DNA from: Planctomycetota bacterium
GTDB taxonomy: Bacteria > Planctomycetota > B15-G4 > JADJEK01
Length of the DNA stretch: 64,000 bases
Assembly: GCA_044225365.1 (NCBI GenBank)
Contig: JBGAIQ010000001.1
Location: 64,001 to 128,000, forward strand
Reading direction: 5' to 3'
Shown here: positions 47,547 to 56,974 of the stretch, in pieces
Position numbering within the stretch: position 1 is the first letter of the stretch
How the letters are laid out: every line of letters begins with the position of its first letter
Program-made: the position numbers and the translations under genes
Notes under the pieces: generated by a model
Database searches by the model: none
What the model saw: the letters and a program-made list of their open reading frames with translations, nothing else
What the model was told of the DNA's origin: nothing

Positions 47547-48647
47547 ATGAAACTGTTCTTCTGCGATATCTGCAACGAGTCGATTCCGTTGCAGGACATC
47601 AAGGACAACCGAGCGACGACGATCAAGGGGAAGATCTTCTGTCGTGCCTGCAATCCCCTCAATGAACTCGCTGCGACGGAAGCTCCCGCCGCAGTGGGCG
47701 CGTCTGCGGGTGCATCCTCGGGAGGCGCTTCCACGGCGTCGCTCGCGATGCTCTACGTGGGCGTGGTCGCCGCTCTCGGCGCCTCCGGCTACCTGCTGTG
47801 GGAAAAGGCGTATCGGAGCGCGGACACGGGTCAACTCGCGATGAAGCGAGTGGAAACGGTCGAGTCGAACCTCGGCGACACGAAGCAGGACATTCGTCTG
47901 ATCAAGGACAGCGTGGCGGAACTCGCCGCGCTCCGAGTGATTCCGAAGGGTCTCGAGACGCTTCAGGAGGAGCAGGCGCGCATCAAGGGGGAGATCGAGA
48001 AGGTCAATTCCAGCATCGCGGCCGCCGAGAAGAACCTGAATACCGTCGGCACGCTGCGCGAGAGCCTCGACAAGGTCACATTGCGGCAGGACGAGTTCGC
48101 GGGCAAGCTCGGTCGCCTCGAAGGCATCGTCTCGCAGATGCAGTCGCAATTGAAGGAAGTGGCCGATCGGCCACCCGTGCTGGTCGCACCGAACGAAGGC
48201 AAGAGCGAAGCTGGGACCCCGGCGAATGGCGGGAGCGGCGCCGAGGCGCAGCCACCTCTCGACGCCAAACTCACGGCGTTGATCGAGAAGCTCGGATCGT
48301 CCGACCCGATGGTGCGTTGGGAAGCCGTGGATCAGATTCGCGCGGCGAAGGAGAAAGCGCTCATCCCGCACGTCGTGAAGCTGCTCGCCGATCGCGATAC
48401 CTTCGTACGAGCACAGGCGATCTACACGCTCGGCGAATTGAAAGCGACGAAGGCGGTTCCCGACCTCGTGAAACTGCTCCGCGACGACGAACAGATGATT
48501 CGCGAGGAATCGCTCGTAGCCCTCAACGAGATCACGAACGCGAACATCAAGTTCGACATGGGGAACAAGGCCGAGCGTGAGAAGGGCGTGAAGAAGTGGG
48601 AGGATTGGCTCGCCAAGAACAAAGATTCGCTCGGATCGGGCGGATGA
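47547..48647 (+). CDS. Zn-finger / TM / coiled-coil / HEAT-repeat protein
   Basis: CDIC...CRAC, TM helix, about 110-aa coiled coil and three HEAT units (SSDPMVRWEA, DRDTFVRAQA, DDEQMIREES). Confidence 0.8.
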   Translation: MKLFFCDICNESIPLQDIKDNRATTIKGKIFCRACNPLNELAATEAPAAVGASAGASSGGASTASLAMLYVGVVAALGASGYLLWEKAYRSADTGQLAMKRVETVESNLGDTKQDIRLIKDSVAELAALRVIPKGLETLQEEQARIKGEIEKVNSSIAAAEKNLNTVGTLRESLDKVTLRQDEFAGKLGRLEGIVSQMQSQLKEVADRPPVLVAPNEGKSEAGTPANGGSGAEAQPPLDAKLTALIEKLGSSDPMVRWEAVDQIRAAKEKALIPHVVKLLADRDTFVRAQAIYTLGELKATKAVPDLVKLLRDDEQMIREESLVALNEITNANIKFDMGNKAEREKGVKKWEDWLAKNKDSLGSGG

Positions 48648-48650
48648 TCC

Positions 48651-49613
48651 TCACGGCTTGAAGAGGCGTTCGATCTTCACGGCCGAGCGCAGTTTCTCGT
48701 ACATCTCGGATCGCTCCGAGCCTGCGACCGGATCGTCCTGGATCGCCTTCTTCAGATCGTCCTTCACGGCGTCGATCGCGACCGGTGTACTCGATTCGAA
48801 TCGCAGGATCGTGAAGCCGAGGCCATCCTTCACGAGAGGTGCGAGCGGGTGATCCTTGTCCAGGGCCCGCGCAGCGTCCCGCACGGGAGCGCCGAAGCGG
48901 TCCTCGGTGAGGTGCTCGATCAGGCCGCCGTTCGGCGCGCTCGCAGAGTCGTGACTGAACTCCTTCGCGATCGCTCCGATCTCCTCGCCCTTGCTGATGC
49001 GCGTCCAGAGATCGGTCGCGAGCTTCGCGGCGCGGTCCGCGACTTCCTGCGGACTGGTCGATCGTGGCTCGCCGCGACGGACGCGTTCCTGCTCCAACGT
49101 GAAGCTGTTGATGCGCACGGCGCGGACCGACAGGCGTCGCGCCGGGTCTCCGTAGTCGCGCGTGAATCGTGCGGCGAGTGCCGCATCGGAAACGTCCCTA
49201 GCGTGTCGACAGAGACGATCGAGGGTCATGTCGGAGAGGATCTCGTGCTTCTTCGCGATCGCCCAAGTGTCGCGCGTCTGTCCCGCGGTCCGCAGCTCGT
49301 CGATGAAACCGGCCTCGTTACCCTTGAACCGTTGCTTGACATTGGTGTTCCAAAGGGTCTCAAATGCCGAGTCGACTTCGGCACTCGGTACGGTGCAGCC
49401 AGCATCCGCGGCCGCCTTCAAGAGGATCCTCTCGTCGAGGAACTGATTGAGGAGGGACGCGCCCTGCACCTCGACGAGCCAACGTTGGTACTCCGCAAGC
49501 GTCGCGTCATCCCCGTCGATACGGGCAAGGACATTCGGGAGCGGAGGAGTGGACTTGTTCGCGTCGTCGCCGACGAGAACGAGGACAAGTGTGAGCAGGA
49601 AGCCGGCAATCAT
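48651..49613 (-). CDS. Exported parvulin-type peptidyl-prolyl isomerase (SurA/PrsA-like)
   Basis: Signal peptide, SurA-N-like helices and AKEFSHD.ASAPNGG.I. Confidence 0.8.
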   Translation of the reverse strand: MIAGFLLTLVLVLVGDDANKSTPPLPNVLARIDGDDATLAEYQRWLVEVQGASLLNQFLDERILLKAAADAGCTVPSAEVDSAFETLWNTNVKQRFKGNEAGFIDELRTAGQTRDTWAIAKKHEILSDMTLDRLCRHARDVSDAALAARFTRDYGDPARRLSVRAVRINSFTLEQERVRRGEPRSTSPQEVADRAAKLATDLWTRISKGEEIGAIAKEFSHDSASAPNGGLIEHLTEDRFGAPVRDAARALDKDHPLAPLVKDGLGFTILRFESSTPVAIDAVKDDLKKAIQDDPVAGSERSEMYEKLRSAVKIERLFKP

Positions 49614-49701
49614 GGGCGCCCGTACCCCATTGGTTCATGGGTTCGATCGATGATGGATATCGCAGGCGCGTGATTCGCGCCGAACGCGACGAGCTCGAGA
49701 T

Positions 49702-51066
49702 ATGTCGAAGCCCGAAACGATCGTAGACGAAACGTCTCCCCGAGTACTTCTCGAAGTATTCGGATGTCAGATGAACGTCGTCGACGCCGAACTCGTCCTC
49801 GGCCGGCTCCGCAAGTTGCACTACGTGGAGACCCGTGACTACGACGCGGCGGATGTCGTGGTCTTCAACACTTGCTCCGTGCGTGGCCATGCCGAGGATC
49901 GCGTGATCTCCCGGCTCGGCGCACTGCGTCAATGGAAGCGCTCGAAGAGGGGTCGCGTGCTCGCGGTGATGGGTTGCATGGCGCAACGGGAGGCTGCCGA
50001 CATACGGAGGCGAATGCCTCACGTCGACGTCATCACCGGCACCAAGGACTTTCCGAAGCTGGCCGATCTCGTCGAGCAGGCGCGCGCGGGAAGCGGGCCT
50101 TTCGTCGTCATCGATGGTGAACTCCGTCCGGACATCGAACGGATGCCGGTTACGCGTCCGCAGCCGTATCAAGCCTACGTCACGATCATGCGGGGCTGCA
50201 ATCGACCCTGCACCTACTGCATCGTTCCGACGGTTCGGGGGCGCGAGGTCAGTCGTCCGGTCGAAGAAGTCGTGTCGGAAGTCGAGGCACTCGTCAACGA
50301 TGGCGTCGTCGAGATCTGCTTGCTGGGGCAGACGGTGAACGCCTACGACGGCGGCTCGCGGGGAGCCGCGACGCTGGGAACCCTGCTACGGCGGCTCGAT
50401 CGAGTGCCGGGACTTCGTCGCCTCCGGTTCGTCACCTCGCATCCACGTGACTTCGACGACGACACCATGGACGCCATGGGCGAGTGCTCGAAGCTCGATC
50501 GCTTCCTCCACATGCCGGTGCAATCGGGATCGGATCGGATCCTTCGCGCGATGAAGCGCGGCTATTCCGTCGAGCGCTACCGCCGCATCGTCGACGCGAT
50601 TCGAACGCGGGTACCGGACATGCAGATCGGCTGCGACTGGATCGTCGGTTTCCCGGGTGAGACGGAAGAGGACTTCGCTCAGAGCGTTGCCCTCTGCGAA
50701 GAGATGCGCTTCGTGCAGTCGTTCGTCTTCAAGTACTCGCCGCGCCCAGGTACCGAGGCCGAGCAGAAGCTCGTCGATGATGTACCCGATGCCGTAAAGA
50801 AGGAGCGCAATCAGCGATTGCTCGCGGCCCAGGAGTCCGTTTCGATCGACGAGAACAAGAAGCGAATCGGGTCGGAGGCCGAGATCCTGATCGAAGGCAC
50901 GAGCCGGATCGACGAGACTCGTCTCATGGGGCGCGACTCCGCACATCGAATCGTCGTCGTTCCACGGGGTACGCACGAAGGGTTGCGGGCGGGAGCGTTC
51001 GCGCGAGTGCGGATCGTCGACTCGACGGCGCTCACGCTGGTGGGCGAAGTCGTCGAATTGACGTGA
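49702..51066 (+). CDS. miaB: tRNA methylthiotransferase MiaB
   Basis: GCQMN, NTCSVR, GCMAQ, radical-SAM CNRPCTYC, TSHP, VQSGS, IVGFPGET, YSPRPGT and TRAM domain. Confidence 0.95.
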   Translation: MSKPETIVDETSPRVLLEVFGCQMNVVDAELVLGRLRKLHYVETRDYDAADVVVFNTCSVRGHAEDRVISRLGALRQWKRSKRGRVLAVMGCMAQREAADIRRRMPHVDVITGTKDFPKLADLVEQARAGSGPFVVIDGELRPDIERMPVTRPQPYQAYVTIMRGCNRPCTYCIVPTVRGREVSRPVEEVVSEVEALVNDGVVEICLLGQTVNAYDGGSRGAATLGTLLRRLDRVPGLRRLRFVTSHPRDFDDDTMDAMGECSKLDRFLHMPVQSGSDRILRAMKRGYSVERYRRIVDAIRTRVPDMQIGCDWIVGFPGETEEDFAQSVALCEEMRFVQSFVFKYSPRPGTEAEQKLVDDVPDAVKKERNQRLLAAQESVSIDENKKRIGSEAEILIEGTSRIDETRLMGRDSAHRIVVVPRGTHEGLRAGAFARVRIVDSTALTLVGEVVELT

Positions 51067-51070
51067 GCCG

Positions 51071-52168
51071 ATGAGCAATGCGGTAGATCTTGGGTTCCTC
51101 GAGCGCGCAGCCAAGATCGCTGAATCGGGCGCACTCGCCGTCGAACCCAATCCGCAAGTGGGTGCCGTGATCGTCCGCGATGGAGAGGTCGTGGGTGAGG
51201 GTGCCCATACTCGATACGGCGGCGCCCACGCCGAGGTCCTCGCGCTGCTCGCGGCAGGGGAGCGCGCTCGTGGGGCTACGTGCTACGTCACCCTGGAGCC
51301 GTGCTCCACGCAGGGCAAGACGCCGCCCTGCACCGAGGCGATCTCGAGAGCGGGCATCGCGCGAGTGGTCTTCGGTGTCGCCGATCCGAATCCGCTGCAT
51401 CATGGCCGTGCGCGAGCATTTCTCGCGACGGCCGGGATTCAGGTCGAAGGTCCGATCGCTCCCCATCTCGCGCCGGGATTGTTGCGGCGGTTTCAGCGAT
51501 TCCTCGGCTCCGATCGGCCGTACGTGATCGCGAAGTGGGCCATGACGTTGGACGGGAAGATCGCGACGAGGACGCGCGCGTCGCAATGGCTCACGGGTGA
51601 CGCCGCGCGGGCGAGCGTCCACGAACTGCGGGGGCATGTCGATGCGATCGCGGTGGGAAGTGGAACCGTGCGCGCCGACCGGCCACGGCTCACCGCACGG
51701 CCCACGGGGCCCCGCACGCCGCAGCGAGTCGTGTTCGATCGACATCTCGAGGTGCCGCTGGACTGGCCGGCGCTCTCCGACGGCGGACCGGGAGTGATCC
51801 TGCTCGGAGGCCGAGCGAGCGACCCATCGAAAGGTCGAAGATTACGGGATCTGGGGGTGGAAGTGCTCCTGGTCGACGGGGCGGATCGGGCCTCCCACGC
51901 ACGCGCAGGGCTTCAGGAGTTGCGCACTCGCGGGATCGCGCGACTCCTCGTCGAGGGAGGTGCAGGTTTGCTCGGCGCGCTGTTCGAAGCACGATGCGTC
52001 GACCAGGTGTGCGCCTTCGTCGCGCCCATCGTCTTGGGCGGCGAGGCGGCGCCGTCGCCGGTCGCTGGACAGGGTGCGGCGTCGCTTCGCGATGGCATTC
52101 GCATCACCGCTGCCAGTTGGTCCAAACTCGGTGACGACTATCGTCTCGAGGGCTTCGTCGCCGAGTAG
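51071..52168 (+). CDS. ribD: Riboflavin biosynthesis deaminase/reductase RibD
   Basis: PNPQVG, HAE, TLEPC...TPPC, KWAMTLDG and VEGG. Confidence 0.95.
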   Translation: MSNAVDLGFLERAAKIAESGALAVEPNPQVGAVIVRDGEVVGEGAHTRYGGAHAEVLALLAAGERARGATCYVTLEPCSTQGKTPPCTEAISRAGIARVVFGVADPNPLHHGRARAFLATAGIQVEGPIAPHLAPGLLRRFQRFLGSDRPYVIAKWAMTLDGKIATRTRASQWLTGDAARASVHELRGHVDAIAVGSGTVRADRPRLTARPTGPRTPQRVVFDRHLEVPLDWPALSDGGPGVILLGGRASDPSKGRRLRDLGVEVLLVDGADRASHARAGLQELRTRGIARLLVEGGAGLLGALFEARCVDQVCAFVAPIVLGGEAAPSPVAGQGAASLRDGIRITAASWSKLGDDYRLEGFVAE

Positions 52169-52249
52169 TGGACTGCAACGCGCGCGGGGCGCGACCTTCG
52201 TCTCGCCCCGCACGATTCGGATCGGGAACCGCTAGGGACCGCGATTCGT

Positions 52250-54673
52250 TCAACCGCCTCCGTTGCTCCCAGCGGGCGGAGCCTCGCCGCCGTTTCCGCC
52301 CGTTGGGCCCGGTGCCGGAGCGGGAGGCGCGCCGTCTTGCGTGGGCTGCTTGGGCGTTTCCGACTTGCCGCCCGTCTCATCGGCTTGGCCCGGTGCTCCG
52401 TCCTTTTCGGACCGGATCGACTTGTTCTCCTCGCCATCCTTCTCGAGGAGCTTTTTGATCTCGTCGATCCGCTTCTCGAACGCGGAGGCCACGCTGTCGT
52501 TCGCGTCCTTCGCGAGGACTCCGGAGAACGCGTCGTCCGCCTTCTCGAGGTCTCCCGAGAAGAAGGCCACGTAGCCCGAGAGCATCCATGCGTCGAGGTC
52601 GTCGGGATGACTCTTGAGGAAAGAGTCGAGCGCGAGGGTCTGCTCCTCGAGATCGGCTTGCTCCGAGTAGAGATCGCGTAGATCCGAGCCGATCGAAGGC
52701 CAGTTCGGTCGCAGTTCCATCGCGCGGCGAATCAAGAACGCAGCGTAGCCGTATTCACCGAGCGCGAACTGAGCGTGGGCCATGGCGAACTTCGCGACGC
52801 TGTTGTTGCGCTCTGCGAGCATGGCTTTGCGGAACGCATCCGATGCGCCGAGGTAGTCCCGGTTCTTGAAGGCCTCGGAACCCGCCTTCAACTGGTTCAT
52901 CGCGCCGTCGTTCTTCGAAAGTTGTTCGAGTTCGGCGGCGAAATCGGAATCGACTTCGTCCTTCGGAATCTCGCCCGTGACGGTCGGGGCGCCGTTGGAG
53001 CCGGTCGTTGCGCCACCGCTCGCATCGGTGGGTGGGGGACCCGCGTCGCCCGACGGCGTGTCATAGTAGTTGTAGTAGTTCACGACCGAGCCGCCGTTGT
53101 CGTAAACGGGGTAGTAGGTCGGGACGTACGTCACGTAGTGCGGATAGACGTAGTAGCTCGGCCACCACTCGCACCACCACCAGCTCGAGTAGCAGGGGTG
53201 GAATCCGAACCAATCGCAGTACCACGAGAAGTGACTCGGGTAGTAATGCCATCCGAAGTGGGAATGACAGTTGAACTTCCAGATGAACGTGTCGTGGTGG
53301 AAGTTCGACTTGAAGCTGAAGGAGGCGCTGGACTTCGAGAACTTCGCGCCAAACGTCTTGTTCGACTTGAAGCTTCCCTTCTTGTTCGCGCCGGGGCCGC
53401 CGAACTTCAGCTTGTCGTTCGTCGAGACCTTGGAGGCGTCGGAGTTCGCGTTCTTGCGGCCCCGCTCGCCGAAGCTGTTGCGATAGGTGTCTTCGAGAGA
53501 ACTCTTGCCCTTCGTTCCATCGCGCCCGCTCCGATCGCTATCGACTCGGGTGTCCGTGCGGTCGCTGTTCTTCCCGGCTTCACGATCGCTTCGATTGCCG
53601 AGCCCACCGGCCTTGCTGCCATCGGTTCGCCCTTCGCCCTTCCCGACCTTGTCGCCGAAGGAGTGAACCGTGATGGGCTTTCCAAGGCCGTCCTCTTTCG
53701 AGGTGTCGCCGAACTTGCCGAATCGAGAACTCGAGAGCCCCGAACTCCCGGAACTTCCCGAGCCGCCGGAGCTCTTCCGCCCTTCGCCGGAGTGGGAGAA
53801 GGAGCCTGGGTCGATTCGCTTGCCGAGCACATCGTCGCCCGAGTTGCGATTGCCGGAATTGGGATTGGGATCGCTACGATCGCCGGAGGACCCTCCGAAT
53901 TTCCCGGAGTCCGACTTGCTTCGATTGCCTCCGTCGGTACTGCCGCCGAAGGGCGAACGGTTGCCGCTCGCCGAATCGTTCGAGCGAGAGCCTCCGGAAT
54001 TGCCCGAAGAACCACCGGATGGACCGTCGTTCCGACCGCCTCCAGAGTTCTTGCCGAGGCCGCCGGAGTTTCCGGGGTTCGATCCCCCGTCCTGATTGCG
54101 ATTACCCTTCGAGCCGCTGCTGGATCCGAACGGGTTGCTACCGCCGCCGCCGCTCGAACCACCGCCACCGTTCGAATGGCCTCCACCCGCGCCGGAACCG
54201 CTGGAACCAAAGGGGTTCCCGCCTCCACTATTGGAACGTCCGCCGCCGCCACCCGATCCAAACGGGTTGCCGCCGCCACCGCCATTCGAGTGACCACCGC
54301 CACCACCACCCGAACCGAACGGATTCCCGCCGCCGCTACCGCCATTCGAATGGCCACCCCCGCCGCCACCACCACCGCCGCCATTCCCATTACCGCCGGA
54401 ATGGCCGCCACCGTGGCCGCCGCCGGAACTCGGATCACTGCCGCCACCGCCGCCATTGTGTCCGCCACCACCACCGCCACCACCGAACGCGACCGGAACA
54501 GGGTGGGGGAGGCGCCGCGCCATGACGTCCGAGTGCGATGCTTCCGCCTTCGAGACGACGGCGCGAATCGGGTCCTCGGCGGCGTCGACCCTTCGAGACA
54601 GCGACATCAGAGCCGTCAGAGTCAGCGCAACCGTCGATAGGGTGACGATCGTATTCGAGGACTTGACAATCAT
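52250..54673 (-). CDS. Secreted Gly/Ser/Asn-rich protein with NPF/FG repeats, an aromatic-rich segment and C-terminal TPRs
   Basis: Signal-like N-terminus (VDA-AE), about 400-aa low-complexity region, W/Y/C/H-rich segment and TPRs (AFRKAM, AQFALGEY, DAWMLSGY). Start could be 54754. Confidence 0.8.
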   Translation of the reverse strand: MIVKSSNTIVTLSTVALTLTALMSLSRRVDAAEDPIRAVVSKAEASHSDVMARRLPHPVPVAFGGGGGGGGHNGGGGGSDPSSGGGHGGGHSGGNGNGGGGGGGGGGHSNGGSGGGNPFGSGGGGGGHSNGGGGGNPFGSGGGGGRSNSGGGNPFGSSGSGAGGGHSNGGGGSSGGGGSNPFGSSSGSKGNRNQDGGSNPGNSGGLGKNSGGGRNDGPSGGSSGNSGGSRSNDSASGNRSPFGGSTDGGNRSKSDSGKFGGSSGDRSDPNPNSGNRNSGDDVLGKRIDPGSFSHSGEGRKSSGGSGSSGSSGLSSSRFGKFGDTSKEDGLGKPITVHSFGDKVGKGEGRTDGSKAGGLGNRSDREAGKNSDRTDTRVDSDRSGRDGTKGKSSLEDTYRNSFGERGRKNANSDASKVSTNDKLKFGGPGANKKGSFKSNKTFGAKFSKSSASFSFKSNFHHDTFIWKFNCHSHFGWHYYPSHFSWYCDWFGFHPCYSSWWWCEWWPSYYVYPHYVTYVPTYYPVYDNGGSVVNYYNYYDTPSGDAGPPPTDASGGATTGSNGAPTVTGEIPKDEVDSDFAAELEQLSKNDGAMNQLKAGSEAFKNRDYLGASDAFRKAMLAERNNSVAKFAMAHAQFALGEYGYAAFLIRRAMELRPNWPSIGSDLRDLYSEQADLEEQTLALDSFLKSHPDDLDAWMLSGYVAFFSGDLEKADDAFSGVLAKDANDSVASAFEKRIDEIKKLLEKDGEENKSIRSEKDGAPGQADETGGKSETPKQPTQDGAPPAPAPGPTGGNGGEAPPAGSNGGG
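54120..54330 (-). repeat. Intragenic degenerate tandem repeat encoding GG(G/S)NPFGS, four copies
   Basis: Four NPFGS units with varied codons, separated by Gly-rich (H/R)SN-containing spacers. Confidence 0.8.
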
Positions 54674-54926
54674 CGGAAGCACTCCGCTTCGTCGAGGCAT
54701 GGTACGTTGGAACGAGATTTCAGCGGGGAATCCATCGCGACCGAACGCGTTCACCCATTCTATTCATTCTTCGCGATCCACTCTTCTCGCACTTTTCGGC
54801 TCGGGTCGCTCCGTTTCGCGAGTGAATCGGGCCGGTTGGAGCCCGTGAATACGAGCCCAGGATACCCCTAGGGCGTCGCACTTGCGCGCCGCCGTCGGTG
54901 GCGGGTCGCGGGTGAACTCTCGAGCG

Positions 54927-56270
54927 TCACTTTCCCGGGCTGGGGAGGAACCAGGAGGCGTATTTCGAGTCCGCCGCCATCGCACCGAATTCGGCATATT
55001 GACGGGGTAGAGTCGAGAAGTCCTCGTCGGCCAAGGCGCTCTTCAGCTCCTTGAACCACTTCACGGCCTCGGCCGGCTGATCGTTCGCGGCCTCGCAACG
55101 CGCGAGCGCCACGTAGACCCGTTCGGGTTGCCGAGGTTTCTGTTTCTCCTTCTTCCAGCCGTCCAACAAGTCGCGCTTCGCCTTCGCGTATTCGCGGAGT
55201 CGCAGGTAGACCTCCGCGCGGTTGTAGATCAAGTTTACGTTCTTGGGCTCGTCCTTGATCTGCTTGTCGTAGGGGGCGATCGCGGAATCGATTCCGCTCG
55301 AGTCACCGAGTTCGCGCAGTTCGAGTGCGACGTGCTCGAGGAGCACTCCACTCGACGTCTTCACGGCTTCGCTTAGCGCGACGATCGCCTTTCTTTTCGA
55401 GTTGTCGTACTTCTTCCCAATGGCTCCCACCGCACCGGCTGCCGCGCGGCGACTCTCGGCGGACTTCAGGTTGTCGTCGAGGCAATGGCTTGCGGATTCG
55501 AGCGCCTCGGTGAGCGGGTGCCGCGCGTAGAAGTCGAAACACGCGATCAGGACCGCATCGACAGGGGTCGACGATTTCATCTCGCTCTCGAGACGTTTGG
55601 CGATGTCCTCGGTGGGGGTCTTCTCGTCGAGCCGAGCGAGGGAGGCGATCGCGATCGCCGCGAAACTGGGCTCTGGGTTCTTCACGTAGGGAAGCAAGGT
55701 CGCGACGGCGTCCGGCCCACCGAGTCGACCGATCGCGCCGAGTGCCTCGGCCACCACGCTCTTGTCCTTGCTCGCGAGGAGCCCCTTCGCGATGGGAGCG
55801 AGCGTGGGATCGCCGCGCTCGCCGATGGCGAGCGCCGTATTGCGTTGGCCGGGAATGCCGCCTTCCTTTGCGAGGCGGATGAGTGCCGCGTTCACCGCTT
55901 GACCGCTGATGCGCGCCAAGGCGCGTGCGGCGTTGCGCCCGGTGAACTGGGCGGCATTGCCCTTGTCCGAATCCGCATGATCCATCGCCTTCACGAGGTC
56001 GTCGATCGCGATCGAGCCGATGCGCGAGATCTCGGCGAGGCGTGACATCACGAAGAGATCGTCGTCGCGCACCGAGAGTTCGCCGAGGAGCGTCTTGAGC
56101 CGGGCGTGGAGCGTCGCCGCCTCGCGCTGTGCCTCCGTGCGGGCGATCGAGACCAGGTCGCGACCGGCTGCAGCGGGCGCTGCGGGATCGTCGGCGGCGT
56201 TCGCGCTCGCGCGCGTCGAAAGGAGGGTCACGACGAGGATGCTGGCGTGGAGTCGCGAATTCAGCGGCAT
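54927..56270 (-). CDS. Exported HEAT-repeat and TPR protein
   Basis: Signal peptide (ANA-AD), HEAT units (RNAARALARI, AEALGAIGRLG) and a C-terminal TPR (YNRAEVYLRLREY). Confidence 0.8.
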   Translation of the reverse strand: MPLNSRLHASILVVTLLSTRASANAADDPAAPAAAGRDLVSIARTEAQREAATLHARLKTLLGELSVRDDDLFVMSRLAEISRIGSIAIDDLVKAMDHADSDKGNAAQFTGRNAARALARISGQAVNAALIRLAKEGGIPGQRNTALAIGERGDPTLAPIAKGLLASKDKSVVAEALGAIGRLGGPDAVATLLPYVKNPEPSFAAIAIASLARLDEKTPTEDIAKRLESEMKSSTPVDAVLIACFDFYARHPLTEALESASHCLDDNLKSAESRRAAAGAVGAIGKKYDNSKRKAIVALSEAVKTSSGVLLEHVALELRELGDSSGIDSAIAPYDKQIKDEPKNVNLIYNRAEVYLRLREYAKAKRDLLDGWKKEKQKPRQPERVYVALARCEAANDQPAEAVKWFKELKSALADEDFSTLPRQYAEFGAMAADSKYASWFLPSPGK

Positions 56271-56291
56271 GGGTGCACTCGCGGTTCGGCT

Positions 56292-56939
56292 CTAGGATTC
56301 GGCGGAGGTCGGAGGCTTCTGTTGCAGATTGCGAAGGGCTTGCTTGATCACGTCCTCGAGAGGCGCTGTTCGGCCCTTGCTCGCGAGGGCGCTCGTGGCG
56401 GCACTCTCTGCGACGCCCTTCGCATACCCGAGATGCACCAGCGTGGCAACCGCATCCCGAAGGATCGGATCCTCGAACGTCTCGACGAATCGACCACGCC
56501 CGTTCTCGGACGAATCCGCGATGACGGCCGCCATGGTGTCGAGTTTGCTCGTCAGTTCGAGGATCAATCGCTGCGCCAGCTTGTCGCCGATCCCGCGCAC
56601 GGTCCGGAAGCGCTTCGAGTCCTTCTCGGCGATGGTGCGCACGATGGTCGAAGGCGGCATGGCGGACAGCAGGGCGATCGCCTTTTCGGGACCGAGGCCC
56701 GCAACCGAGAGTAGCGTCGAGAACGTCGCGCGTTCACCGGCTCGGATGAAGCCGTAGAGCGAGAACTCCTCTTCCCGCAATCGAAGATGGCAGTACAGCC
56801 GGACGGTCTCTCCGACCTTCAATTGCTCGATCGTGCTGGACGAAGCTGGGACTCGCAACCGCAGCGCGAATGCGCCGCAATCGAGAACGGCTTCGCCGGG
56901 AGCGGCTTCGAGGATTCGACCGATCACGGAATCGAGCAA
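56292..56939 (-). CDS. ruvA: Holliday junction branch migration protein RuvA
   Basis: TTG start with GAGG RBS. REEEFSLYGF, HhH motifs GLGPEKA and GIGDKLAQR, C-terminal LVHLGY. Confidence 0.93.
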   Translation of the reverse strand: MLDSVIGRILEAAPGEAVLDCGAFALRLRVPASSSTIEQLKVGETVRLYCHLRLREEEFSLYGFIRAGERATFSTLLSVAGLGPEKAIALLSAMPPSTIVRTIAEKDSKRFRTVRGIGDKLAQRLILELTSKLDTMAAVIADSSENGRGRFVETFEDPILRDAVATLVHLGYAKGVAESAATSALASKGRTAPLEDVIKQALRNLQQKPPTSAES

Positions 56940-56974
56940 GCGTTACCTCTTCGATCCGTGCCTCGAAATTGCCC

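Noticed and set aside
54100-54490. CCG/CCA-rich repeats as a possible CRISPR array or microsatellite
   Set aside because: They are poly-Gly codons of the minus-strand protein. There is no constant repeat with unique spacers and no cas genes.
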